Shown here: one piece after another, positions 18,951-33,900 of the stretch
Position numbering within the stretch: the first letter of the stretch is position 1
Layout of the letters: every line of letters begins with the position of its first letter
NCBI RefSeq assembly: GCF_030684315.1
Contig: NC_081376.1
Location: 33,819,608 to 33,883,607, forward strand
Reading direction: 5' to 3'
DNA: 64,000 nucleotides
DNA from: Stegostoma tigrinum
Taxonomy: Eukaryota
Made by a program: the position numbers and the translations under genes
The notes under the pieces: generated by a model
What the model was told of the DNA's origin: nothing
Databases searched by the model: none
The model's input: the letters and a program-made list of their open reading frames with translations, nothing else

Positions 18951-21900
18951 GTGAAGTGTGTTTTTAGAGTTCTGCTGTCTTCGTAGTGTTGGAGTTAGAG
19001 AGGGTTTGACAGAGACAGCAGTTGGTGGGTTGGGGCGTGGGGGCTTGATGGGTCAAAGTGAGATTAAATGGAAAGGATTTGGGACAGAGAGAAGGAGAAA
19101 CATATTTTCTAACATGGAAGTGAGGAAGTTAATAGCACTCCTGGAATTAGTGATTTTAAAGCAAAGACCAGACCAACATTTTAAGTCTAAGTTGAATGGA
19201 TAAAGTGTTGTTCCTGTGCAGGATAATGACTAACAAGCTAATGGGACAAATGGCCTTTATGTGCTTTACTCATATAATTCAGTGGAGTACGTGGTGCCAG
19301 TAATTTGTTGTGGAATGGTTACAGCAGTTAGAGGACTTTTGACTGTGTACAATTTTGCACCAACTCTTCACATGAAAATCCAGCAAGTTATACTTGTCTG
19401 CTGTCTGTGTGGTTTTATCTCCCACAAGTATTCTTGAACTGCTTGTTGATGAACCCCCAGCAGGAGCAGCCCTCTGTCGTCTCCCTACTTTTAGTCTCCT
19501 ATTAATGATGATATGACATTACTCCAATTCCCATTTTGGACTATCTCAAATCCAAATCAGTCCACCCTTGGTAGCTGTTGAGTTTCACATGCTATCTCTC
19601 TTTCTGTTTTTACATTATACTCCTTATACATATTTCTGACTATCTTCCAGTCACTTAACGTCCTGATAAATCCTCTGCCAAAAATACCATTCTTGTGAAG
19701 AAGTGTGTGATGTTTTGCAGCATTTAAAGGTGCTACATGGATGCGGGTTGTTTAAATACTTTAGAAACATCTATGAAATCACCTGAAGTGAATTGATTCT
19801 AAATTTTGAGCCTTGCTGAGCAGCCAAATTTTTCAAAGCTGGGCCATCTTTCTTGTGACTGATTTATAATGTACTTCCTGTCATCTCAGCACTTCAACAA
19901 ATGTCCGCTATTGATGGTACAATTCCAAGATTCTGTTCACTTACTAATGTTCTATTTCTGTCCTTGCATTACTTTCCTTCAAAAAAAAATGCTTTAATGG
20001 TGAGAATGATTTGTTACTGTGTCCCCACACTATCACTGAAAGTGATGAGTTAGGAACAGTGTCTGGAGTTACTGGAGGCTTGTCACCAATGGGGAATCCA
20101 AGTCAATTTTCATGGGTTTGGAATTGAAATGAAATAAATTCACAGCTCGGTTATTATTCAATCCTCCATCAATCGCCAGCTCTAATCTGAGACTGCTGGT
20201 CTGATATCTTCAGTTGTGGCTTGGAAACCACTTTGCTCCGTTGCAGCAAAGCTCAACTGATCTGACCGCATCCTGACAAAGTAGGGTCACTGAGTCAGAA
20301 ATTTGACAACGTACAGGAAGCTTCCAGTTTCTTTATTCATTCATGGGATATGGATGTCCCTAGCTCGGTCAGCATTTATTGTTCATCCCCAATTGCCCTG
20401 TGGAGGTGATCGTGATCTGTCGTCTTCAACAATTACACTGCATGTGGTGTAGGTTCACCCACAGGCCTGTTGGCGGAGAAGGTTCCAGAATTTTGAACTA
20501 GTGACAGTGCATGAATAGAAATATATTTTGGAGTCAGGATGCTGACAGGCTTGGGAGAGAACTTGTAGTTGTCTTCCTCTGTATCTGCTGTCTTCGTCCT
20601 TCTAGTTGGCAGGGATCATTGGGTTGGAAGGTGCTGTCTAAGGGGCCTTAATGAGTTACTGCACTGTATCTCATGGATAGTACAACTGAGCAGTGGTGCT
20701 TGAGGAAGTGAATGTTCACAATGTCAGTACCTGAGTAAGCCGAGAGAAAATGTATTTGTTCTATTGCTTGCGACTGGGACTGGGAGGCGAAGTAGGTGGA
20801 ATTTGGCAAAGGTTTGCTTCAGTTACATAGGAACCTATAAAAACCATTTTTAAATTTAAAACTCTTTCAGATTTTAGAGCACATTCGTCTGCCTTTAATT
20901 AGTCCTTATTACATCCATGACATCGTAGAGTCGCTGAATGTCATCCAGGAGTCTCTTCCTTGTCAGCGGTTGATTTCTGAAGCGAAGGACTACCTCTTGT
21001 TGCAGGACAGACGTGGGGAACTCCAAAGCTCCAGGACCCGTCCTCGCAGATCAACAGGTGGGTGCCGCGCAGTAGCCAGGCTTTCAATGCTGTGATTTGA
21101 CCCTTGTTTTTACAAGAGCCCAGGATGTCCCTGAAAGCTTGTCGCTGCATGTTTGCAAATATTTCACTGTTGTAAAGTTGGAAATGAAGCAGCTAATTTC
21201 CACTCAGCAAGCTCTCTTAAGCTGCACTGTGCTAACACCTGGATAATCTATTTTTGTGATGCATGTTGACGGATAGGTACTGACAAGGATGCTGGAGAAC
21301 TCCCTGGCTCTTGAAAACAATACCGTGGGGTTTGTTTTCTTCACACTCACTTGATAGGCAGTTGTTGGGTTACTTCTGATGAAAGTTGGCACTCCGTTGG
21401 AATTGTTGGCCTAGATGACGAACTTGAGTGGAACCCACAACCCTCTGACTTGGAGGCTATGTTCAGAAATGGAACTAAATGTGACTCTCGATTGGACTTA
21501 AGGTGAACTGATAAAGTTATTGGTTGACATCTCGTTAATGCCAACAAACTAATATGTACTTCTGATGAAGCAGCAAATTGATAGTTAAGTTCAGTTGAAT
21601 TCACGTAATGAAAATGGCCCAGGTATGTCCCAAGAATTAGGAGTAGTAGTTATTTGGCCCACCAAGCCTTCGCCTCTTGGTTAATCTGACTGTGGCCTTA
21701 ACTCCACTTTCTGGTCTGTCGCCCATAATCCTTGACATTCAAAAATCTGTCTTGCTCAGCTTTGCGTACGTTCAATGAGTCTCCCTTCTCTATCTCCTAG
21801 AGAAGGGAATTCCACAGATAGAAGAAATTCGTCCTCTGCTTTGCCTTAAATGGGACACCATACATTTTGAAACTATGCCTCCTAGTTCTGGAGTCTTCTA

Positions 21901-24900
21901 TAAGCATACGAACAAGGAGTAGGAATTCAGCTCCTTGTGCTTGCTCTGCTATTTAATAAGATCGTGGCTGTTCTGATTATCACCATACTCTGTCATTCCT
22001 GCCCAATCCCAATAACATTTGACCTCCCTACTTAGCAAGGATGTATCAACCTTTACTATAAAGAGGTTTAAGGACACTGCTTCAGCTGTCTTTTCAGGAA
22101 GAGTCCCAATTGAAAAGCTTTTGCCTTGTCTCTTTTAAACAGTGACTCCTAGTTGCCAGATTCTCATCCTTTCCATTTCTGCTTTGTCAAGACGCCTTGG
22201 AATCTTGTATCAGTCAAGCTGTCTCCTCCTCTACAAAAACTCCAAAAGACAGAAGTCTAGCATGTCCAATCAGTCCCTGTAAGACAATCCTACTATTCCA
22301 GGTATTAGTCTAGTGACCTTTCCTGTACTGCCTCCAAAAGCTTTACATTTCTCTTTAAATAAGGTGAGTTACAATGGATGTCTGTGGTATCCAGCCCAAA
22401 GACTCTGATTGGTTGATTATGGAATCTGTCAGTTGCTCTATCTCAGTCCCTCATCTCCCCTTCTGAATTCTGCTGAGTTGAGAGTACACCAACCTTGGGC
22501 CCTGCAAGTTGAGTATGTACATCACTAATCATATTGCTGCGTGGCTACCGCAGATGGAGATTAGGAATCTGTGCAGGATGAAGAAAGATTATGGGGAGCC
22601 CTATGTCCATAACCAATACCTGAGCAATGGACACTGACAAGGGGCCTAATCACAGAAGGAGGTGAGAATCCAGAGATGATCTGCAATACAACCAGCAGAA
22701 GCATGATGTTGCAAACATAGAAGAGAAACGAGTGCAGGGAGAAGCAGCTTCCAAACCCATATTTAAACTTCCTGCTTGGTCGCATGTTGTCACTGGTTGG
22801 AAAGACCCATTTGCTTCACTAATGTTCTTTAGACAGGGAAACTGCTGTCCTTTGAGCACGGAAACTGCCATCCTTACCTGGTCTGACCTACATGTGACTC
22901 GAGACCCACAGCAATGTGGTTGACTCTTAACTGTCCTCTAGGCATTTAGAGATGGGTAATAAATGCTGTCCTAGGTAGCAATGCCCTCATTGAGTGAACA
23001 GATTTTAAAAGGTACACATTTTATGTTAGATTTGATGTTAACTAATTTCAAAATTTAGTTTAAAAGTAAACTTTTACACTCAGTTGTTTGTAATGTGTTA
23101 TGCACAGCTCTAATCCAAGGTGTGCCCTCAGCTGTAGGTCAAAAGGTCGTACTGTTTTGGCTTTTAGTTCTCGTGCATGAATCTCACAAAGCTAGCATCC
23201 AAGTTCAGCAGGTATTGGAGAAATCAAATGGAATATTGGCCTTTATTTCAAAGGGATTAGAGTATAAAAGTAGGGAAACTTTGCTAAAAGATACTAGTCG
23301 GAGAACAGCTGCAATACTGTGAATAGTTTAGGACTCCTTATATAAAGAAGGATATACTGGCATTAGAGGCAGTGCAGAGAAGGTTCACTTGACTGATCTT
23401 TGATATGGAGGGACTGTCTCAGGAGGTGAGATTGAGAGAGTAGATTTAGTCTTTACTTGTTGGAATTTAGAAGAATGAAACATACAAAATTCTTAGACTT
23501 GACAGAGGTTGTTTCTCCTTATGTGACAATCTCAGACTGGAGAGTAGATGGTTGCCTGTTTTAAGATGGAAATGAGAAGGAGTTTCCTCTACGTGGTGTA
23601 CCTGTGGAATTCTTTACCGCAAAGGGCTGTGGAGTCTGGATTGCATATTCGAGGTGAGCTAGACAGAGTTTTAATCAGTAAGGGGATCAAGGGTTATGCA
23701 GAAAAGGCAGGAAAGTGGAGTTGAGGATTATCAAATCAGCCATGATCTCATTGAATAGTGGAGCAGACTTGTTGGGTTGAATAGTCTACTTTTGCTCTAA
23801 CTTATGGTTTTATGACTAAAGCACAGTCTCCCTACTTTTTATATTACATTCCTGTTGCAATAAGTAGCATTCTGTTAAGTTGCCTAATTACTGTCCTTCT
23901 GCAAGCTTCTACTAGGGCACTAATTCCTGTTCACCACCTTTCTGAAATCTCTTACCACTTGTGTTTATTTTTCTTCTTGAAAAATAGATAATCTCACATT
24001 TTCATACATTATACTTCATTTGCCAGATCTTTCACTTCTTGAAAGTGAAGTGGAATCAAGTTTTATGGGGATAAGGCAGGAACAGGATACTGATTGTGGA
24101 TGATCAGCCATGATCATAATGAATGGTGGTCCTGGCTCGAAGGGCCAAACAGCCTTCTCCAGCATCTATTGTCTATTGGATGTTCAGGTCCCAGCTAACT
24201 ACATCTCTATTATATTGTACTAATTTACTATTATTTGTGCTATTACTTCATCCATCTCCTTTATGAATGCAATTTATATTTGGATAAAGAGCCTTTATTT
24301 CTGTCTGTACTATTGTTTTCTTCTCTAATTCTTGCTAGTGTACAGTATCACTTGTGCACTCTTGGTCCTGTCTGCACAAAAGAGAAATCAAATTTACTAC
24401 ATTGCTGCTCCAACAGCCTAGTCTCGACCATTAGTGGCTGAGGGAGTTTTTAAATTCTCCCAAGGGGACAATGGGACACCCTGGTTTAGTGAGTTTTAAG
24501 ATTTGTAGCTCAGGTTGAGGTTCTGGATGTGAGTTTGCTCACTGAGCTGGAAGGTTAGTTTTCAGACGTTTCGTCACCATTCTAGGTAACATCATCAGTG
24601 AGCCTCCGACGAAGCGCTGGTGTTATCTCCCGCTTTCTATTTATCTGGTTAGGTTTCCTTGGGTTGGTGATGTCATTTCCTGTTCTTTTTCTCCAGAGGA
24701 TGAGGGATTGGCTCCAAATCAATGTGTTTGTTGATGGAATTCCGGTTGCAATGCCATGCTTCTTGGAATTCTCGTGCGTGTCTCTGTTTGGCTTGTCCTA
24801 GGATGGATGTGTTGTCCCAATCAAAGTGGTGTCCTTCCTCATCTGTATGTAAGGATACTAGTGATAGTGGGTCATGTCGTTTTGTGGCTAGTTGATGTTC

Positions 24901-27900
24901 ATGTATCCTGGTGGCTAGCTTTCTGCCAGTTTGTCCAATGTAGTGTTTGTCACAGTTCTTGCAAGGTATTTTGTCGATGACGTTCGTTTTGCTTGTTGTC
25001 TGCATAGGGTCTTTTAAGTTCATTAGCTGCTGTTTTAGTGTGTTGGTGGGTTTGTGGGCTATCCTGATACCAAGAGGTCCAAGTAGTCTGGCAGTCATTT
25101 TGGAAATGTCTTTGATGTAGGGGAGAGTGGTTATGGTTTCTGAGCCCGTTTTGTCTGTTTGTTTGGGTTTATTGCTGAGGAATCGGCGGACTGTGTTCAT
25201 AGGGTACCCATTCTTTTTGAATACGCTAGCCACCAGGATACGTGAACATCAACTAGCCACAAGAGGACATGACCCACTATCACTCGTATCCTTACATACA
25301 GATGAGGAAGGACGCCACTTTGGGACAACACATCCATCCTAGGACAAGCCAAACAGAGACACGCACGAGAATTCCAAGAAGCATGGCATTCCAACTGGAA
25401 CTCCATCAACAAACACGTTGATTTGGAGCCAATCTACCATCCCCTGAGAAAAAGAACAGAAAATGACATCACCAACACAGGAAATGACATCACCAACCCA
25501 AGGAAACCTACCCAGATAAATAGAAAGCGGGACATAACATCAGCGTTTTGTCGGAGGCTCACTGATGATGTTACCTAGCATGGTGACGAAACGTCTGAAA
25601 ATGACCCTTCCAGCTCAGCGAGCAAACCCACATCCAGAACCCTGGTTTAGTGTCTCATCCAAAAGACAGCTGCTTCAATGTTTCAGCTCACACTCAGTAC
25701 TGCACTGAGAGTTCTGAACAAGATTTTATGCCTATGTCTCTGGTGTGGAATCTAAATCTATGACTTCATGGCTCAAAGGTCGTATCGTTATCCGCCTGTG
25801 TACTCCGATGCTGGAATATTATAAGCAGAAACAATGGGAGTATGTTTTGTCATCCTGAGGTGAATGGTAGAATACTGATAGCTTTTTGTTTGTCCCCTTT
25901 CTTTAATCTTTTCGTTCTCTCTAACTTGATCCTTTTCTGAAACTTCTTTATTGCTACTTGTTTCAATACAGAGAGCTCAATTCTAGTGCAACAGCTTGTG
26001 TGGAACAAATAGGACCAACTTGACAGTCATGCCACTCCCTCTGAGGGGACATAGTCCGGTGGAAATTATGGCGTCTCTTGAGGGAAAGTGCAGCTTGAGA
26101 CACCCGCACCAAAACAAAATAGAAAACTTACCAGGTATTGGTGCAAATTGTACAGCATGCAGACCTTCAACTCATCACATTGTAAAGCTGTGGTTAAGTT
26201 GTGTCCAATTTATTGGATCAGTTCGTTTCTAAAATAAAGTATAAAGATGCAGCCCAGATGTTTTTGGCAACATTGTCTGGAACAATGCAGGTGATTCACA
26301 AAGGTAGTACTTCTTTCAACCACAGTTGTGAACCTTTGCCTAGTTTTGTGGATTAGACAATCCTTGTGTAGTGTGGAAAGAGGATTGTTGACACTGTAAG
26401 CTGACAATACTCGTATTCATTGCTTTCCCTTTCTGTCTCCACAAACTCTGTTTTAACTATCTGTGTAAATGGATAAACCTCAAGGGGAATACAAACAGTT
26501 ACGGCTTGCTTGTCTGAGTCATAAGGCTGTGCGTTTCAAGTTCCATTCCTCAGACTTCAGCGCATAAACTAATTTGACACTTCTGGTGCAGTATTGGGGT
26601 GCATTCTTACACATGAAATAATAAACTGAAGTCCTGTCTGTCCCCACCATGGGGATTGAACATGTCCCATGGCACTAACTTGTAGGAGAGCTGGAGAGAC
26701 CTTCCTGGTGTCCTGGGCCATGTCAGTCTATCAACCCATATCACTAACACAGATTATCTGTTTATTTTGTAGGAACTCGCTCTCCCTGTTCCCAAATTAG
26801 CTGCTGCATTTCCTCTATTACAATAGTGACTATTCTTCAAAAATATTCCATTTGCTGTGAAATTTCTGGGGAGGTACTGAGGTTATGAAAGGTGCTACAG
26901 AAATCCAGCCTGCTATATTTTGTATTAGTTTCAGTGGTTTAATTTGAGTTTAAGAACTGTTTCCATTCCAGGTACAACAGAGGTGATTATAGCGGTTGGA
27001 GGGGAAGATGATAAGGTGGTTCTTCGTAGTGTGGAGAGCTTTGACCCCATTGGCCGTCAATGGAAGTGCCTTGCCTATTTGCCTTTTGCTGTTAGTAAGC
27101 ATGGACTTGTTGCATCAGGTATAGCCGACCTTTACTTTTTTAACCATAGTTTTTATCATTGTAAATGTAAGCACGTTCGCTCAGGCTGATAAGTTTTGGA
27201 AGTCTTGCAGCACCTTTTTAGTATAGATTTGAGTTAAGGACAATTTTTAAAAATTACATCAGACATACAACAAAGCAAAACACCATTCCTCCTCATCTAT
27301 CTGTGCAAGTGTTCATATTTTACTTACATATCTGAAGAAAAGTGGGAGGGAAGTATTATTATAACCCTCTTCCCATTTCCCACAATCTTGTAAAGGTCCA
27401 CCATCAGTGCATCTGTACTCATCTCTTCAAACCACTTCCTGTGACCTTGAGGTACAGCCCAGCTGTTGATCCTTTCCCTATATGTATACTCTCTTAATTT
27501 TGGTACCATCCATGTAAATTGTATCTTTGCCATCTCTGCTGCCTTCCAATCCCTTTTTGTAACATTGTGCCTGTAGCTACGCACACAGTCTATAATCTAA
27601 CCAAGGTTCAATACAGTTTGAAGCAACTTCCCTACTCTTCAATTCTAACTTTGTAGAAGTAAACCCTTTAGTGCATGGTCATTTTAATGATGGCTGAAGA
27701 TTAGCATGGATACAATAGTCCTTTTTGCATGCTGTATAACCAAACACTGACATTTTCCTACCTACCAACAGTTTTCAATAAGGGTCACTGGACCTGAAAT
27801 GTCATCTCTGCTTTCTCTCCACAGATGCTGCCAGATCTGCTGACACTTTCCGGCAATTTCTATTTGTCTCTGATTCTATCCTTTTGTTCCTCAATCTCAC

Positions 27901-30900
27901 CTAGACTTGCATCTTCCACATAAGAAATGACCTGTGTGTTCTTCCTACTATAATGTACCTCTGTACTGGTACAATCAACTATCTGTGTTGAACTTCATTT
28001 GCCAATTATGTGCCCATTCTGTAAGGTTATTAATGGTCTCTTGTAATATGTTGCAGTGCCTTGCAATGATTACCTTTCACAAATGGGCAACATTATCCAA
28101 TGAACTATGTAATTGTGAACAATGTTATTTGTTAAGATTTTTATAGAAAGTTGTCCTCCCCTCGCCCTACTCATTTTAGCTCAAATTTTGTGTACCTTTG
28201 TATTCTGTGGCATGTGCCTTCTTTGGAGTTATTTTCTCAGATCTGTTCTTAAAGATTTATTCCTACTGCAAAATGTAGTAAACTGATATGTAGGTATGTT
28301 CACCTAGGTCCAACTGACCGGCTGTTGAATTGCAGATCATCACAGTTGGTAATGTGAAATCAGTGCCAAAAATAAAAACAAAACTGAAAGTCACCTCATT
28401 TTCCCCTTTTTGGACTGGATTCTGATCCGTAGACTTGGTGCTTTTTTTGCCTGAAATTTTTCATGATATCTAAAAATTTGTCTTTTTTTCTATGTCATGG
28501 GTGTTTAGATTTAAAGCTGGTCTAGTTAAAGGTTGCATGTTAGTAATAGCTGTTAGGGGATAAGTTTTATTATGATTTTGTTCTCTTTTTTTCCTTGGAA
28601 ATCTGGCATGTTTCTTTTATCTTAGACTGTCAGATATTAATTATCCTAGAAAATAAATTAATAAATTTAAATTTCATTTGTAACATGAAATGTGGGTTCA
28701 TTTTACAAGATGCTATTTCTACCAGGGCTGTGACACCGTTGTTTTAGATACTGAAGTATGTGAGTCTTCAAATGGTAAATCATTGGGTGCACTTGCTTCA
28801 AGAATGTCCCTGAAGGTTTTTACTCTGAAGTCTCTGCTTTGTGTCCATTCTTGTCAAAGTTGGAGTGGTTATAGATTTACCAGGAGAATAATGAAATGGG
28901 CCAATTTATAAACCAGTTAGATGTTACGTTGAAGGCTGTGTAATGAAAAATCTACTCTAGTTCCTTAACTTAATTTTTTGTAACGGTTTATGCAAGTGGT
29001 TCCTTTTAAAGCCACACCAGTATAAAAATGTGCAGTATCAAGGGAGCAGTGGTCAACTTGAGACATCCGATTGTTTGCTTTGCCCTTGTTTCACATAGTC
29101 AAAAATTCAGTTTGTAATTTTTTTAAAAATGGTTCATGAGAAAAAATAGTCATAAGATGGGGAACGTGGGTGGGATGCAGATCAATCTTTTAGTAAAGAA
29201 AATGAACTGAGTTTTTAGTCATTTGGTGCTTCTTGTTGACTTAGTCATTGGTCCACTGAAGTTGGCAGTGTTTTTTGCTGTAAACCTGGAGGCTTACCTT
29301 GTATCATCTAATACCAGCTTTGTTGATCGATAAAACTGTCTCCAATGGCTCCCTCCTGCATTTATGTAGCACCTTTTAACACATTAAAATGCTCTAAGAT
29401 GCTTTATAGGAGGTCATCAGACAAATTGTGACCTAGCTCCCCGAAAGTAAATTTGGTATTTGGTACCTGAGAGCTTGGATAAAGAGAGATTTTGTTGAGT
29501 AATTTGTGGAGAGGTTTAGAGAATAGTGTAATCTGTGAAAATCTGTGGTGCTATAACCCTCGGGTAATTATTAACCTGATAACTAGCTGCCCTGTGTAGT
29601 GCATATGTTATATTCTGTTGTAGAAGATGCCCTTTTGATAAGAACAGAAGTGTTTTTGAAAACAAGTAGAAATCCAATAGATACAGTGAGAGCAACTGAT
29701 CCCAGGGTATGTTACAACAACTGAATTTCTTTTGATTTTAATTTTGCCTCGTGTACTCGAGTACAAATTAGAGTACAATTGAAACATGTATAATGTCACT
29801 ATACATCTCAGGTACAAGCACTGAAGTGCAGAATCTTTTAAGAACAAGGTATAAAGAAAGAACAAAGTTAAAAGTTAAACATGACAGTAATAATAGTAAA
29901 GCTAAAGCATGTGGAGTAAGGTTAAAAGTTACACATTGCAAACCTTTATTTTCAACTTAAAAACTAAGACATAAAGCTGAAAGTTATAACACTGCAAGTG
30001 TTTAGCGCTGGTGGGACTGCACTTTGAGGAATGCCCTCAAGACTGGGATTCCACATGGAGGCCACACTGGGCCGAGAGACCACCACGCCGGACTAAAGAG
30101 ATCACTACGCCAGGTCAGGAGGCTGAGAGTCCGGAGGCCAGGAGAAGAAAGAGGAGGCGGGGGGGTGGAGAAAGGGGAAATGGATGGAGTGGATGAGCTC
30201 CATCTGAAGTGCCCTACTGCACTGCCACCTTTGTCCTCTGGGGTGGGAGTTTGCGGTGTAATAACAGCACAATGTGCTTCTTCTGTTGGCCCAGTTATCT
30301 GGCAGAGGCTGGCTAAAAGACCTTTTCTGAATTGTTGCGTAACTGAACAATGGTTAATGATTTCTTTCTGTAGGTTCTACCCTTTACTTGGCCGGAGGGG
30401 AGTTTCCTGATGGTTCTGCAAGTAAAGAAATGTGGCGCTATGACCCGTGTTTCGATATGTGGCATGAAATGGCAGCAATGAATGTGGCACGCTCTGAACT
30501 AGGTAAATCATGTTTGTCAGAAATGTCTTTCCTTTTCTCCCCTCCCACGGCCCACCCAATAACACGGAGAGAAGAAAAATTTAAGAGTTGTGTAGTCTGT
30601 AGTTTCCCACCCAAACTTCTGCTTGTGTCTGTGTTTGTTTGCATCCCTAAGCCAGCGTCTCCTGCCTCAACAGTCATGATGTGTGAACACTTTCTTTGAA
30701 TGACAATCAGAGGTTGTGAAAGGTTTTTCCCCACATGGGTTTTGTGATTTTTGTTTTTGAAATGTTTGTGGGGACACCTGTATTAACTATGATTGATTGA
30801 TGGGCTGAATGGTTTTTCTCCGCTCCTTTATCTAACGCCTTAACAAGGTGGTGAGCTGAGGTGTTGTGACCATGACAGCATTTGATGAGACTACGAAGTC

Positions 30901-33900
30901 TCGTTATTTTTAAAATATTCAAGGCTAAGAACGTGGAAATAGGATAAACCTTTTCTTTCGAGTGTTAAATGGAGTTCTGAACAATCCCTGTTTCCTAGAT
31001 GTTGGTTTCGTACTTGAGCTCCATTACAGTGTTTGCCCCGGTGGCCTAGGCAGCTGGAATCTTTCCTCAGTAGCAACAGATGGTACAGCACAAACTCACC
31101 GTAATGGTTGTCCCTGGCTTCCTCACTTGTGTACCACTTAGGAGTGTGCACCTGGGCAATAAGTGAAAGGTCCACAGTTCTGAACCGAACACCTCTGCTA
31201 GCCAAATCTGCCTGTTCGGATCTACCATTTCTCCCAGTGAGACAGTCTTTTCCAACACTGTCTGAAGATTTCATGCCGGATTGTGAGGCTGGACTGGAGG
31301 AAATATCTGGAACAAAACTGAAGCTTGGTTGGGGGGGTGGGGGGGGGTTGCGGTGGTTGCAGAGGTGGTGGAGGAAAACAGAACTGTTTCAGTGAAGTGG
31401 GAGAGATAATGGGAACTGCAGATGCTGGAGAATCCAAGATAACAAAGTGTGAGGCTGGATGAACACAGCAGGCCAAGCAGCATCTCAGGAGCACAAAAGC
31501 TGACGTTTTGGGCCGAGACCCTGTGACCCTGTGAAGGGTCTCGGCCTGAAACGTCAACTTTTGTGCTCCTGAGATGCTGCTTGGCCTGCTGCGTTCATCC
31601 AGCTCCACACTTTGTTACCTTGTTTCAGTGAAGTTTTCAGTAAATTTCAGGCGCCATTGAGTCCATCAATACTATTCTGATTTTCTATTAGCAATTTCCA
31701 GAAACTCATTTCCATCACTTCATTTTCCTCTATAGCCACTTCCCAGTCATTGGGAATTCTGTTTCTGGCACTGTTCCAAGCTCTATGGTTAATATAACCA
31801 GCTTTTGTAGATTTTCTTTTGTGAAGGTGGGACATTCTTGGAATTTGGAAAAAAATGGTTCATGCCTTGTTGATGAGGTTGGTACTAAGTTTATTGTAGC
31901 ATTCAATTAAAAGCAAAATACTGCTGATGCTGGACATCTGAAATAAAAACAAAGTTCTGAAGAGTTCAGCAGGCCTGGCAGTATCTGTGGAGAGAGAAAC
32001 AGAATTCATGTTTCAAATGTAACGTGATTCTTACTCCTTTGGTTAGTTCAGTTTCTGACCCCTTTTTAGGATACTGACTGCACCAAGCAAATTAGTCCCA
32101 GACATAAGGATTATAGTCTGTTACACACTTTATTTAAGAACTAGTTGCCCATTAAATTTTAATGTTCTGCGTACGGTTCTGCTAAATGAGGTAAAGTTCC
32201 TTAGAATCACTTGCAGATAGAGGAGGCTGCTGATTAATGCCCCTCTCAATCATTCCCTGATTACAAGATTCCTCGACTTTTGTTTTCAATGCTGTGGCAG
32301 GCTAGCTCATTTCCAAATTGGTGCATGGGTCCACAGAGCTCTTGACCTGCAGGATATGAGAGTTATATTGGGCAATTTCTCAGGATTGGGGATTGTTGGC
32401 AAGGCTGTTCCTAATTGCACAACTGGAGCTGACTTGAAGGTGATGGTGGGATATCTTTAATTGCTGCATGTAGCATTTGATGTAACTGTGTCTCGCAGGG
32501 GCACTTGACAGAATCATGTGTGGGACTGGAGTTGCCTGAAAGGCCTTGTAAAAATGGTAGGTTTGCTTCCTTCGAGAACACAGCTGAGCCATGAATGACA
32601 ATTTATGATCTTCATGATCTCTTCGATTGCATTGATTTTTTTTTTCTTAATTTCTAGATCATTTTCAAGCCCTCAAACTACAACAGTAGAGTTTAAAGTT
32701 AATACTTTGCATTTTTTTAGATCAATAGCATTCTGCTGGAAGTGAATAGCAACTGCATAAATCCACTGTATAAACCTTTAGATGTTTTTCTACTGCACAT
32801 TCTGACTCCTGCACCCCTCCCCACTGCAAAATTTGCTTTCTAGAGGAATTGCCAGCTTCAGCTCATTTGGTGGGACAATTTGGGAACTAAAGGTTGGATT
32901 GATTTCTTACTTTCTTCTCCCCACTCTCGTCCGCCTCCTCCTGTCTGCAGGCCTTGCTATGTTGGATGGTTTTGTTTTTGCTGTGGGAGGCTGGGAAGGA
33001 TCATCAAGGCTGGATTCCGTGGAATGTTACAATCCCCACACAAACACCTGGCACTTCCTGGAATCCATGAAGATGGCAGTGACTAGTCCAGCTGTGGTGG
33101 CACTCCATGGGCTCTTGTATGTAGCAGGTAATAATGCTACCTGTTAGACTCAGTCATGATGTGAATACTGCCTTGTGTGGTTAGAAGAGAAAGAGGACTT
33201 GCAGTTATGTAGCACCTGTTGTGGACCAGACGAGGCACACGCCTTCCCTGCCGCAAAAAAATCAAAGTAAATTTTGGAGCTAGTCTAGACTTAGCCTTAA
33301 CTTTTTTTTAAAAAAGTTAAAGGAACTATATTCCAGATATGATTTGATTGGCCCGCCACTAGGCTTTTATCAAAACACACTTTATTCTTACAACACAGTT
33401 AAAATACAGCAAAAAGAAGAACTGGCATAACTTTACTCTATCAAAATACTTAACAAGATAATGTATAATTTAACAACTAAGCATCAAATGTTCCAAAATA
33501 GGCAGAATTCCATAAATACAGCCTTGGCAAAGACAATTCAGCAACACAGTTATTATTCTCTCAAAGTTGTCTGTTTCCAATCTGGAAGAAAGCAACAATC
33601 TACCCCTTTTGATTTTTAAGACCAACCAGAAAAACCACCAACAATTTGAAAGCAAAACCAAAATCCTGTCATCTATTGTGAACCTGAGCCTGCCCACTCC
33701 TGGTTTTTTTTTGTTAAAAAGAAAAACACCACTGTGACAACACCCCTCTGCAAGAGAAACAGGGAGAGAAGACATCTCGAATGTACAGTATCATCACACA
33801 CCTACTTAGGATCTCTTGAGTGCCAACGTGTATTCTAGCCCATGAAATAATGGCCCAGTTAATGACGTAGGATGTGTGATCCCAGTTTATCAATATCTCT

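Larger units (their letters stand above)
24492..25638. mobile_element. Fold-back Penelope (Poseidon-type) element with GIY-YIG endonuclease ORF remnant
   Basis: 14-bp TSD ACCCTGGTTTAGTG (24478-24491, 25639-25652); inverted arms 24519-24919 / 25225-25641; minus ORF 24673-25233 ...LPYIKDIS...NVIDKIPCKNCDKHYIGQTGRKLATRIHEH...EAW...INK. Confidence 0.92.

Noticed and set aside
31328-31372. G-run cluster with G-quadruplex potential
   Set aside because: Low-complexity intronic tract of a common kind; nothing indicates function.
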